From: a virus
Lineage: Duplodnaviria > Caudoviricetes
Length of the DNA stretch: 64,000 nt
Direction: 5' to 3' (one strand)
Virus record (IMG/VR): IMGVR_UViG_3300020576_005257
Location: 160,001 to 224,000 of that record
Shown: positions 31,474 through 41,424 of the stretch, piece after piece
Layout: the number at the start of each line of letters is the position of its first letter
How positions within the stretch are numbered: the first letter of the stretch is position 1
The notes under the pieces: generated by a model
Told to the model about the DNA's origin: nothing
Database searches by the model: none
What the model saw: only the letters and a program-made list of their open reading frames with translations
Made by a program: the position numbers and the translations under genes

Positions 31474-33854
31474 TAAAAATTACTCCTGTTGTACCCAAAT
31501 GTATTAGTATCTAGTTCTGATCTATCGAAATAGAAACTGCTACCATCTCTGTCTTCTTTATCTTGAAGCATCAGTGTTTTCATTGTAGATCTGAACATAT
31601 CTTCATCATTAGGAACCTGAATGACCCCCAATCTCTCAAAAGTCTTATTATTTTCAGGGTAAGGGTTTTCGTAATACTGGAAAATGGCCCACATAGTCAT
31701 TAACCAGTTATCTATATAGTGTTCTTCCCCACCAGAATATTTAGTAGTTCTCTTGGTTTCTCCTTTGATTTTGAAGTTAACAAACTGTTTTTTGTAATCT
31801 TCTCTGTGTAAAGGAATCCTAATTAAATCTTTTTGGAACTTGTTTTTAAGCATATCAACAAGATATGGCTTAACCTGAATTGAAATATCCTCTTCAGTTA
31901 TGGGATCAGGGACTTTAATTGATTTATTAAACGGCAGTTGTAAAAGTTTTGAATGAAGTTGTAGATCAGTTCTTCGATTAGCCACAGTAATTAGATCTTC
32001 CCATTGCTTCATTCCAGACCCAAGATCCACTACAATAAGTTCTGGGTCAAAAACCTCTACTAGTTTTTCAATTTCCTCAATAGCAAAGGTATAAGTCATT
32101 TCGCTGGGCGGAACTTCTACATGATAAAGATGTCTGGCAGTTTTATTAATAGGATCATATTGGGCAAGTAAAATATTTGTACCTGCTTGAACTTTATCCC
32201 AGTCAACTGTTAAGAAGACAGGTAAATTTGGATTTCTATACTTAGAACTTGGCTCCCAATCTTCTGAGAACACACTTTCAATATCTTCTAACCTGAAAAC
32301 ACAATTATCAGCCTGAGTGACTTGCAGTAAATACTCAGTCTTCCAGATCTCGTCTGGAACTGATAACCTCTCCTCCTCAACCATTTCCTCAGTATAATCT
32401 GGGTTTTGATCAATTGGGACTTTTATTACGGTCTCTTTTTTAGTGGGCTCTAGAAGATCAATTTTCTTGTAATAATAACCATCTGCTCGGTTCAGAGTTC
32501 CTGCAATATAGCATCTAATCTTATCTCTACGAGTAAGGTCACCTCGCATAATAGGAATAAGAACTCGCCAATCTTCGTCAGAGAATCCCTGAGACTCGTC
32601 CAAAATACAAATATCAGCTGTGATACCTCTTAATTTATCAGGAGCAACACCATTGACACCAAGAATATGTCCCTCAATAAATGATCCAGTAATAAAAGAT
32701 CTAAGTGGAGGTGTTGTTGTATTTCCTACAGGACTCTTGAAACCTTGTAGAAGAGGATTAGCCGCAATCCAGTCATCTAAAACATCAAAGAACTCTGTAA
32801 TTTGAACAGATGATGGTGCAAAGAGATGTATTTTTTTATTTTGTTGCGTTACAGCATGCCACAACGCAATAACAATAAAGGAGAAACTATTGTGAATTAT
32901 GGTATTATTGGCAACAAAATTAGTGTCTGGGTGCCCTACACATAACTCATAAACATCTTTGAGTCCTGCGTCTTTCTTATTTACAACTAAATCCCATCTA
33001 CGACTACTTTTAGTTTCAAATACTTCTACATCTGCATCTAGGATAACACCCAGAAAAAGATTACGCTCTAACTCTTCATCTATGCGTAAAATCCCATCTT
33101 TTGTAACTCTGGAATATATTTCAAAACGATATAAAAGATGTTGAACATCAAATGCGAGATTTTTGTTAAAAAATGATAAAGTAATATTCTGATTTTTATG
33201 GTCAAATCTACCATAATAAGAGAATAAAGCCTTTAAATAAAGATGTAAACAATAGTTATTGTAGTTAAAAATTTCATCAGGAATTCTGCTTTTATTAATT
33301 GTAGCTTCATAAGTTTGAAGGATTGTTTCCTCACTTACTTCGTTATCCCCCTCTGGAAATTTACTGGCTGCAAGTAATTCTTGTCCAATTCGTACATCCC
33401 CAGCAGGAATCCACCCCATTTTCCTTTCCAACACCATATGGTCTGTAGAAAGGGTTAAAGCTACCCCCGATTCAAGTCGAATACTAACACACAGTTTCTT
33501 TCCAGAATACTCCCACTCAGCAATACTGGACTCTACAATATTTTTCTCAAAATCAAAACAATATGTATTCTTTACTTTAGCAGCTTGATCTATACGAAGA
33601 GGTCTGCGGGTAGTAGAATCTATAACGTATGAGTTCCCTGCTGCTGACTTACCTCCACGACGATGTACACATACCCAAGTATCTCTCTTCTTGGAAGAAA
33701 GAACTATTCTTTGAGGATAATTGGCCTTAAATGCAGTAAAAGGAGGCCCAGGGTTGGGGCTCTTTAAAAATTGCTCAGCAAAACTAAGAGGACTACTCCT
33801 AGCTTTGATTAGCCTTTCTTTATCTTCTGGAGAAAGCTTATCAAACTCAAACAT
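31473..33854 (-). CDS. terL: Terminase large subunit with intein
   Basis: YPQ, RRGGK/S Walker A, LRG..ILDE Walker B, TVDWD nuclease motif. Confidence 0.93.
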   Translation of the reverse strand: MFEFDKLSPEDKERLIKARSSPLSFAEQFLKSPNPGPPFTAFKANYPQRIVLSSKKRDTWVCVHRRGGKSAAGNSYVIDSTTRRPLRIDQAAKVKNTYCFDFEKNIVESSIAEWEYSGKKLCVSIRLESGVALTLSTDHMVLERKMGWIPAGDVRIGQELLAASKFPEGDNEVSEETILQTYEATINKSRIPDEIFNYNNYCLHLYLKALFSYYGRFDHKNQNITLSFFNKNLAFDVQHLLYRFEIYSRVTKDGILRIDEELERNLFLGVILDADVEVFETKSSRRWDLVVNKKDAGLKDVYELCVGHPDTNFVANNTIIHNSFSFIVIALWHAVTQQNKKIHLFAPSSVQITEFFDVLDDWIAANPLLQGFKSPVGNTTTPPLRSFITGSFIEGHILGVNGVAPDKLRGITADICILDESQGFSDEDWRVLIPIMRGDLTRRDKIRCYIAGTLNRADGYYYKKIDLLEPTKKETVIKVPIDQNPDYTEEMVEEERLSVPDEIWKTEYLLQVTQADNCVFRLEDIESVFSEDWEPSSKYRNPNLPVFLTVDWDKVQAGTNILLAQYDPINKTARHLYHVEVPPSEMTYTFAIEEIEKLVEVFDPELIVVDLGSGMKQWEDLITVANRRTDLQLHSKLLQLPFNKSIKVPDPITEEDISIQVKPYLVDMLKNKFQKDLIRIPLHREDYKKQFVNFKIKGETKRTTKYSGGEEHYIDNWLMTMWAIFQYYENPYPENNKTFERLGVIQVPNDEDMFRSTMKTLMLQDKEDRDGSSFYFDRSELDTNTFGYNRSNF
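32889..33647 (-). mobile_element. Intein S70-N322 in terminase Walker A, with a degenerate LAGLIDADG remnant
   Basis: GK|SAAG..STDH..VYEL..NFVANNTIIHN|S; removal restores RRGGKSFSF. Confidence 0.9.
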
Positions 33855-33857
33855 AAT

Positions 33858-34349
33858 TTATCTACGGAGGTACCGACCAGCCATTACGCTAGCCTCACTT
33901 CCAATCATTCCACTATTATTGTTCATAGTATTTTTAGCCATTTGAAAAGAATAATTTGCTAATTCCATCCCCTGACTAGAATAACTAAAAGGCACAGCAG
34001 CCATGGTTCTGCTACTATACTCCGATCTTATTGATGCCCCTACTTTCTTGGTGTAATCTCCAGCATGAAATGCCGCATTAATAAGAGCACCACCAAAGAA
34101 CTGACCAAAAAATCCAAAACCCATAAAGAGATAGGAAGAAGCAATAGTTCCCGCTGTATCCCTTAATTTTGTCTCTTGCGGGGCAAACATATAAGTTAAA
34201 CCCCCGGCAATTAAAGTGTTTTGAGCTAAAGCCCATACAGGATTCCCAGAAAATCTGGATCCTGCTTTTAAGGCACCCATAGATAAAAATCTACTGCTAC
34301 CTTTTCCTAATACTGCCTTAGTCCCAGCATTTAGGAGTCTTCCCCACAT
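33858..34349 (-). CDS. Gly/Ala-rich hypothetical virion protein
   Basis: Coupled ORF with hydrophobic segments. Confidence 0.6.
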   Translation of the reverse strand: MWGRLLNAGTKAVLGKGSSRFLSMGALKAGSRFSGNPVWALAQNTLIAGGLTYMFAPQETKLRDTAGTIASSYLFMGFGFFGQFFGGALINAAFHAGDYTKKVGASIRSEYSSRTMAAVPFSYSSQGMELANYSFQMAKNTMNNNSGMIGSEASVMAGRYLRR

Positions 34350-34999
34350 TACCGTCTCCTACCCATGACAGCCTGACCATATCTGGCGTTAGCTCCCATA
34401 TCATTAATTTGACGGATATTTGTACCATCATAATAAACTGTTGGATCAGATGGCTGGTAACCGATGCCTTGCACTAATCCTTTGGAACTAGAGTATACAG
34501 TTGCACCAATAGCTACATTTCTAACTATATTAGCATTTAAAGCAAACTTCCGTTCGTCAGCAACAGTCTCCATTACAACTCTTCGAGCACCGCCACCAAC
34601 TCCCACATGACCTAATTTCATGCCAGATAGCTTCTTTTTAGCATCTCTGTTTACAGCATTCTGCATCAAATCATCCATACTAATGTCGTGATGAGTAAAG
34701 GCAGGGCCGTGTCCCTTCATACCAGATCCTTTAAATCCATTTTTCTCTAAGAAGTCTGGTTTAACAAGTTTAGATAGATTCCCATGATTAACAGCCCTAT
34801 CAACAGTGCTGTTAAAATGAGGAAAAATTTTCTTTAATGCTTCTTGACCAGTTTTAGCCCTTTTACTGAAGGGAAGCAGTAGATTAGATGCAAAAGTTAA
34901 TGCTCCTTCACTACCTCTAGCAGCAGATCCTGCAATATTAGCTCCGACTGCACCAGTAGTAGCTAACTTAGAAAATATCTTGGCGAAAACATTAAACAT
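34349..34999 (-). CDS. Gly/Ala-rich basic hypothetical virion protein
   Basis: TAATG-coupled ORF. Confidence 0.6.
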   Translation of the reverse strand: MFNVFAKIFSKLATTGAVGANIAGSAARGSEGALTFASNLLLPFSKRAKTGQEALKKIFPHFNSTVDRAVNHGNLSKLVKPDFLEKNGFKGSGMKGHGPAFTHHDISMDDLMQNAVNRDAKKKLSGMKLGHVGVGGGARRVVMETVADERKFALNANIVRNVAIGATVYSSSKGLVQGIGYQPSDPTVYYDGTNIRQINDMGANARYGQAVMGRRR

Positions 35000-35754
35000 T
35001 ATTCTTCAGGTTCTTCAGTAGGATCAACAGGAGGCAAAGCTTCTGGTTCTTCGTCAACATTAAAGTTGAAAATAGAGAGCAAAGCTTCTTTTTCCTTGCC
35101 AAATTGTGCAGCAGCTTGCAGCCTGTCTTTTCTGGATGCAACCAAGGATTTTTGAGCCTTGTCAATCATACTATCAATTCTTTCTGCTGTCTTTAATAGG
35201 GGATGTTCTTTTATTTCACCGAACTTCTCATTTGTTTTTCTATCTACATCAACAGCGGCAAGAACAGTCAACCCTTCCAAAGCGATTTGCCAGTCTACTC
35301 GTCTGCGATAAATCATCCACCTGACAAGGTTAGCAACGTTAATAATGTCAACAGTCTGATTTGGTTCAATATTAAGGTCTTTAACGAGTGAAGTAAAGTG
35401 TTGTACCCCTAAAATCCGATCTGCTCTACATTGTGACCCTATCATAGATCCAACGTCCTTTTCCTTCATAATAGCAATGACTGGACACAGCTGAGCATAT
35501 TTGCAATTATGTCCCATACAATACATCGGTACGTCTGAGATAATAGGAATCTTTTTAGGAATACGTACTTGCTTGGTGGGGTCCCAGCTAGTACCAAACA
35601 ACATATAGGTGCCTAATTTTTGTAAGGCATCTGTAAACTCTTCTTCAGTAATTGGGGCTGCTAAATTAAACTTTTTAGCATCCTCAGCAATAAGTGCCTT
35701 ATCTACCGAACTTAGAGGGGTTAAGATATTGTCTATTGAGTTGTCTGAGATCAT
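34999..35754 (-). CDS. Candidate terminase small subunit with Cys cluster
   Basis: Upstream of terL; CxxxxCxxxxxC..C, IKEHPLLK, ASRKDR. Confidence 0.45.
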   Translation of the reverse strand: MISDNSIDNILTPLSSVDKALIAEDAKKFNLAAPITEEEFTDALQKLGTYMLFGTSWDPTKQVRIPKKIPIISDVPMYCMGHNCKYAQLCPVIAIMKEKDVGSMIGSQCRADRILGVQHFTSLVKDLNIEPNQTVDIINVANLVRWMIYRRRVDWQIALEGLTVLAAVDVDRKTNEKFGEIKEHPLLKTAERIDSMIDKAQKSLVASRKDRLQAAAQFGKEKEALLSIFNFNVDEEPEALPPVDPTEEPEE

Positions 35755-36130
35755 GTTTGACCTTTTCTAGGCAAAAAACTTTTACTGGTGTAGAAGGTTT
35801 GATTTTAGGGTGAACCTCTAGAAATGTTTCTATGTCCTGCGGTCCCCACATTAATTGCCATTCTGGACGAAGGATATCTTTAAGTCTAGTATCCCTTATA
35901 TAGCGAACATCATAAAATTGAGTGCTTTTGACTGGTTGATTAGGTTCTACCTCTCTTTCAAAAAAATTCTCATCTTCATAAACTTGAAGTTGTATTGATG
36001 TCTCCAATTGAGTAGTTTTACAAAATGGATTTTCAGGATCTGCAAGTATACAGAAAACCTTATAACGACCAAATATCTGATAATCAGACTCAGGAACAGG
36101 CAATTCACTGTGAAACATGTTTGCACCCAT
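35699..36130 (-). CDS. Hypothetical protein
   Basis: First ORF of the operon. Confidence 0.6.
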   Translation of the reverse strand: MGANMFHSELPVPESDYQIFGRYKVFCILADPENPFCKTTQLETSIQLQVYEDENFFEREVEPNQPVKSTQFYDVRYIRDTRLKDILRPEWQLMWGPQDIETFLEVHPKIKPSTPVKVFCLEKVKHDLRQLNRQYLNPSKFGR

Positions 36131-36231
36131 TAATAATTAGTGTATACTTTACAGACCTCTATTTATTCCTTTAAATATGTTTTTATACAAAGAAATAGAG
36201 GCTAAATGAACCCTATTTATGGTAGACATCT

Positions 36232-39200
36232 ATGAATCCCCTAGATAATGGTATAGAAAATATAGATGATTTAGATTTAGGACAAGCCGCCCCCAGCCTA
36301 AATGTTATCAAAAACGTCCCAGTTAATGGGCAAGACACCAATGTCTTTTTCCGTGATATTGGTGGTAAAACTCCAGAAGTAGCTTCTAAGTTAATTGAGC
36401 TTGTTAATAGGAATAAGCTCTCTGGTGGCAAACAATCTCAACTTATTGCTGCTCATTTAGCTGAGAATGAGAAGTTCTTTGAAAGGGCTTTACTTCTTAA
36501 TTCTGTTGAGGCTGGAAGGATTGATGTTGGAGCAGCATTAAAATCTTTCTTTGCCAGTAAATTTACTGTAGCAGATGCCCAGAGAAGACATGGGTACGAA
36601 ATTGAAATACTCAGAGCTAAGGTTATTGCCTCAACAACAGGCATACCTCTCCATAAAAAAGCATTACAACAACACCAAGCATATTTAGCTGGAAATGGAC
36701 AACATCCTTTAGGAGAATTACGCAAATCACCCATTGACCCATATAAAAATACTAAGGGTTATTATCATATTGAAAGAGATAAAAATGGTAACAACGTCAT
36801 TTACCTTAACGATATCCAAGCTGGTGCTATGGTTGTTGATATGGACGGTGACGAACTTACTGCTACCATAGCTCGTAAGAGAGATAAAAGCGGGAATATC
36901 ATAGAAGAGTTTATGATTCCTGTTAAAGAACCATTACTTCAAAATCTACCTGTTTTTCGTAATATTAACTACGAAAAAGGTGTTAATTTTGATAAAACCA
37001 AGCTATTTGGTAAGTTTACAGGCTTAAATTTCGGAGATCTGGGTGATAGGTTAGATCCAGACAGCATTAAATCAGCCTTTAGTAATGAGCTTTCTTCCAG
37101 AAAATACTCGGTTGTAGGTGATTTTTTAAGGGCTTATGATAAGCCAGAGTCCAGAGCAGGGTTTGGTGGGGTTCGTAATTTAGATTCAGTAAGAAAATAT
37201 ATAGCGGAAAAATCATTAGCAGCAAATGAAACTGGTATTTTCACTATAGCTCACGACCAAAGAGCTATAATTACCAACCTATATGAGTTGCATAGAATGA
37301 GAGAGGCTGAGCCTAATAAGTATTTAAGTATGCTTAAAGAGCAGCAAGAAGCAGCCAGAGCACAGCTAGAAATTCTAAGACGAGAACCAAATAAAACTGC
37401 TAAAGTAATTGGTGGTAAAGCTTTTGGTGTATATAATGCTCAAGGTGAGTTAATTCAAGCAAATGAAGAAACATTTTTAGAAAGTATGCTTCATTTTAGT
37501 GATGACCCCACTAAAAACCTTAATTTACGCAGAAAAACTGAAATTGACTACATATCCAAACATATGCTTGACGACCCAGAGCGATTAGACGATATTGAAG
37601 TCAGATCGTTGAAAGTTGGACGTAATGCTAATGCAATTTCTAGGTCCGATGCTTTAAGTATTGTTGACACCTTCAAAGAATATGTAAATGATCCTTTGTT
37701 AATGAGAGTTAAAACAATTACTCAGCTTAATGATAGAATTCACGCCTCATTAATTAGTTCTTTAGTATCAAAAACTGATGATGAAACCTTCTTTGATGTA
37801 ACTAACAGAGCTTTCTTAAATGTCAACATAGATGATATTCAGACTAGAAAAGGGGATATTGAACCACGTTCTCCTATTAATTATGGGGATTATTCTGGAA
37901 GAAGACAAGGAACCACTTTAGGTAGGTTATCACAGGTGCCTGTGGTTGATAATAAACCACTTATTCAATTCCAAGAACTCAATGGTTTTGAGGGTATTGT
38001 TACAGCTGATCATCTAAAAGATAATATTAACTATCGGCCAGCACCTTTAGCTATCACCATTAGAAATGCTCAAGGTCAAGTTGTAGCCCCTCAAATTGGC
38101 GGTAGTAATGGTAATGATATTACCCAAGTTAGTTTATTTGGTAATATAGCTAGCCCCTCAAATGGTGGTGTTGCTCTTCATAATCGCAGAGAATACCTAG
38201 CTACAGAGCTAGAAAGAAGACTCCAAGAACAGTATGGTAATACTAGACAATTTGGTGATACTTCTGGTGAACTTGAATTTCATACTATTCTACAAAGATT
38301 AACTCAAGATAGTGATACTAAACGACAAATTGCTTCTTCTTACGGTATTGATCCTAACAACATAGATCAGGTCAATTCGTTTAGCAGAACCATGCGTCAA
38401 AAGCTAGAAACTGCTGGTGCTGGAAGTGCTTTACACCAAGAAATAGCCTTAAAATACGATGTTACTCATAGGGGAGCTATGCTTACCACTATTCAGAAGC
38501 ATCTTAATGATATTATAAGCCATGCTAACGGTTTAACTGATGCAGCTGTAGAAATTGATCCTAATACAGGGTATATTAAGGCTGCTAATCCTCTTGATGT
38601 TCGCAGAGTATCAGCAAGATATGGTCTTGATGTAAGAGGACAAAACCTCTCTCCAGAGGTAAAAACCGACACCATTATGCAAGCTCTGCACAGTTTTGGT
38701 GGTTTTATTAGTAAAAATACATCTAGTGGTTCTGATAGATATATGCAGATGGCTTTTGGATCTGCTCCCGGTGATATTAGAACCGTTGGAATGGATCTAA
38801 GATATTTTACACCTTTAGAGCAAGCTAAACGACAAACAGACATTCAAAGACAAATGGCTGGGGGTATTAGGCTTGGTAAAGCTCGTATGGTGTTGGCTGA
38901 TACTGAAATTCCTTTAGAATATTTCAGAATGACTGATCCAAATGCTTCTATGGGTCTAAAAAGACCTGATGAAGGTGTGATTTTAATGTCTCGTAGTTTT
39001 AGAGACAGATCTATTGAGCAGATTAAAACTAAACTACAAATAGGTCCCACTTTGACCCAAGATAAATTAGGTGGGTCTATGGAAGATTATGTTGCCTATA
39101 TGTTAGGTGACAGACAGCTTGCTAATGGAAGAAGATTAACTAGACTGGAAGAACAACATCTTCGTACTAAATTCCAAAAAGAATTTATGGGTATGTGGGA

Positions 39201-40014
39201 TAAGAAGCAGATAGGTGGTAATACTATTTATCATCTTAACGAAAAGGGCATGGATACTACTTTAAACAGAGTATTTAAAATGGGTTCTCTTTTCGGTGAT
39301 AAAGCAGTTGTTCACACAGTAGATGATATGAGAGATGCAGAAGGCAAATTAATTGATGTCTTGATGCATATTAACCAATCTAGATCGCGTGGTAATGAAA
39401 TTCCCAGATATCAACAGGTACTCCAAACAGCTATTAATGAAGGAAGACTTAGTATTGATGATTTGGGAGAAGAATTTAGAGCTGGAGCCAGAGGTGGTCT
39501 TATTAATTTTGAAGAGGTCTTTGAAAAACACGGACACGACCAAGATACCTTTCTTTCCAGAATTAAAACAGGCTTTATTGATCCACTAGAAAAAGTTCAA
39601 CAAAATATTACGTTAACTGATCGTGGGGCAACTCAGGCTTTTAGTGGTTTAGTGGCAGAAACAGATGATCTATTTGCTGCTGGTAACTACGGTGATGTTT
39701 ATAAGAGCTTTAAGGAAACTAATTTAACTAGTAGAACTCTCGGTAGACCCAAATTGCTTGGTAAAATTGCTAATGCGTTAGACGATGAATTTGGCAATAA
39801 TATTGCTGGTATAGGGGCACAGTTTATTTTCCATGCCATGGGTTCTTTTGCCAAACAAATGTCAGAAGCTAATGTGGTTGGTGCAGGAATTAAAGAAAGT
39901 TTTAGTGCTGCTGAAATAATAAACTCTTCCAAGCAAGTTGTCCGTGGTGGACGAGAAGCTGGAAGAGCTTTACAGGATAGCCTAATGAATGAGGCTGGGA
40001 TACCTAAACTTTAA
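36232..40014 (+). CDS. Single-chain two-barrel (DPBB) RNA polymerase with permuted domain order, probably virion-packaged
   Basis: IYLNDIQAGAMVVDMDGD (D203-D207); PDEGVILMSRS (913); FKMGSLFGDKAVV (K1016, K1024); EGKLIDVLMHINQSRSRGN. Confidence 0.8.
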   Translation: MNPLDNGIENIDDLDLGQAAPSLNVIKNVPVNGQDTNVFFRDIGGKTPEVASKLIELVNRNKLSGGKQSQLIAAHLAENEKFFERALLLNSVEAGRIDVGAALKSFFASKFTVADAQRRHGYEIEILRAKVIASTTGIPLHKKALQQHQAYLAGNGQHPLGELRKSPIDPYKNTKGYYHIERDKNGNNVIYLNDIQAGAMVVDMDGDELTATIARKRDKSGNIIEEFMIPVKEPLLQNLPVFRNINYEKGVNFDKTKLFGKFTGLNFGDLGDRLDPDSIKSAFSNELSSRKYSVVGDFLRAYDKPESRAGFGGVRNLDSVRKYIAEKSLAANETGIFTIAHDQRAIITNLYELHRMREAEPNKYLSMLKEQQEAARAQLEILRREPNKTAKVIGGKAFGVYNAQGELIQANEETFLESMLHFSDDPTKNLNLRRKTEIDYISKHMLDDPERLDDIEVRSLKVGRNANAISRSDALSIVDTFKEYVNDPLLMRVKTITQLNDRIHASLISSLVSKTDDETFFDVTNRAFLNVNIDDIQTRKGDIEPRSPINYGDYSGRRQGTTLGRLSQVPVVDNKPLIQFQELNGFEGIVTADHLKDNINYRPAPLAITIRNAQGQVVAPQIGGSNGNDITQVSLFGNIASPSNGGVALHNRREYLATELERRLQEQYGNTRQFGDTSGELEFHTILQRLTQDSDTKRQIASSYGIDPNNIDQVNSFSRTMRQKLETAGAGSALHQEIALKYDVTHRGAMLTTIQKHLNDIISHANGLTDAAVEIDPNTGYIKAANPLDVRRVSARYGLDVRGQNLSPEVKTDTIMQALHSFGGFISKNTSSGSDRYMQMAFGSAPGDIRTVGMDLRYFTPLEQAKRQTDIQRQMAGGIRLGKARMVLADTEIPLEYFRMTDPNASMGLKRPDEGVILMSRSFRDRSIEQIKTKLQIGPTLTQDKLGGSMEDYVAYMLGDRQLANGRRLTRLEEQHLRTKFQKEFMGMWDKKQIGGNTIYHLNEKGMDTTLNRVFKMGSLFGDKAVVHTVDDMRDAEGKLIDVLMHINQSRSRGNEIPRYQQVLQTAINEGRLSIDDLGEEFRAGARGGLINFEEVFEKHGHDQDTFLSRIKTGFIDPLEKVQQNITLTDRGATQAFSGLVAETDDLFAAGNYGDVYKSFKETNLTSRTLGRPKLLGKIANALDDEFGNNIAGIGAQFIFHAMGSFAKQMSEANVVGAGIKESFSAAEIINSSKQVVRGGREAGRALQDSLMNEAGIPKL

Positions 40015-40367
40015 TCTTCTATTTTACATGTGACTTCATACCAAATAGGAGGACTACCAGGTCTTGGTATGCCTCTATCTTTTTCCCAGGGATATGGGTT
40101 TAAGGGATTATAAGGAGTAGGTCTTGGGTTGGTAATTGGTTGGGGTAGAGGTGGTAATGTGGGAATATCTAATCCCGCATAAATAATCACTAAATCAGAA
40201 ATAGCCACTAATTTCTTTAAAGAATTATTAAGGTTATTTATTTTGGTAGAATAAGTTTTAACAAGTGCCTGTGTGTCAACAGAAATTTCTATTAACTCTT
40301 GCTCAATACAAGCTACAATTTCTATAAAATTGGCTTTAGTTGTAAATTTGATATTATAAACTGACAT
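40011..40367 (-). CDS. Hypothetical protein with Pro-rich C-terminus
   Basis: Shares TTAA stop overlap with the convergent RNAP gene. Confidence 0.5.
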   Translation of the reverse strand: MSVYNIKFTTKANFIEIVACIEQELIEISVDTQALVKTYSTKINNLNNSLKKLVAISDLVIIYAGLDIPTLPPLPQPITNPRPTPYNPLNPYPWEKDRGIPRPGSPPIWYEVTCKIED

Positions 40368-41424
40368 TACTATCGTCTCCTAGTACGAAAACCTTGAATT
40401 GTTTAGCTTGATCTTCATTTTTTGGTTCTTCTTCTAAGTATACGTTCCTACCAATTAAAGAGTTTCTACAAGCTTTGATTGAATATAGTGAGGATCCATC
40501 CATTACAATTGAATTTTCAATATGAGTATTCTCAATAAACACATTATTTCCAATTGAAGTAAATGCTCCCACATAACTATTGGCTATCACTGTATTTTCT
40601 CCAATAATAGCTGGTCCTTCAATTAGTGAATTGATAACTTTAGCTGTTTTATGTAAAATTACGTGGTCTGTAACGACACTATCATAAATTTCACCTGCTA
40701 AATCTTCTGAAATAGACGATAAAACCACCTCATTTGCCTCAATTAGAGCCTCACTACTGCCTGTATCTTTCCACCAAGCCTCATTAATGGTGTGATGAAG
40801 TACAGTGTGCTTGTAGTCCAAGAGTGTCTGTATAGCCTCAGTAATTTCGTATTCTCCTCTTTTTGAGGGCAATAATTTCTCAATTGCGGCATGAATGATA
40901 GGAGAAAAAAGATAAATACCCACCAAAGCGAGATCGGATTTGGGTTCTACAGGCTTCTCTACGAGATTCACAACAACATCCCCCTCAATTTCTGCTACTC
41001 CGAATTGGCTGGGATTTTCTACTTGCTTTAAAAGGATTGTAGCAGCTGGATTTTGTAGTTTAAATTCTTGTATAACTGGAGATATATCTGCATTTATGAG
41101 GTTATCCCCTAAATACATTACAAATGGATCGTCCATCAAGAAAGGATGGGCAGTTTTAACAGCGTGTGCGAGTCCTAGAGGCTCATCTTGTACAATATAG
41201 GTAAAAGTACACCCCCATCTCTCTCCATCGCCACAGGAGCCAATTATAGGGCTATCATGTTCCGATATAATAATGCCAATATTAGTAATTCCAGCCTTTA
41301 CAAGGGCTTCAATCCCATATTCCACCACAGGTTTATTAGCAATAGGTATAAGTTGCTTAGAAATCGAGTAGGTAAGGGGTCTAAGCCTTGTTCCTTTACC
41401 ACCTGCAAGTATTAATCCTTTCAA
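40354..41424 (-). CDS. rfbA: Glucose-1-phosphate thymidylyltransferase, long form
   Basis: LAGGKGTRLRPLT, KQLIP, LGDN, EKP, RGEYEIT, WWKDTG. Confidence 0.95.
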   Translation of the reverse strand: MKGLILAGGKGTRLRPLTYSISKQLIPIANKPVVEYGIEALVKAGITNIGIIISEHDSPIIGSCGDGERWGCTFTYIVQDEPLGLAHAVKTAHPFLMDDPFVMYLGDNLINADISPVIQEFKLQNPAATILLKQVENPSQFGVAEIEGDVVVNLVEKPVEPKSDLALVGIYLFSPIIHAAIEKLLPSKRGEYEITEAIQTLLDYKHTVLHHTINEAWWKDTGSSEALIEANEVVLSSISEDLAGEIYDSVVTDHVILHKTAKVINSLIEGPAIIGENTVIANSYVGAFTSIGNNVFIENTHIENSIVMDGSSLYSIKACRNSLIGRNVYLEEEPKNEDQAKQFKVFVLGDDSNVSL

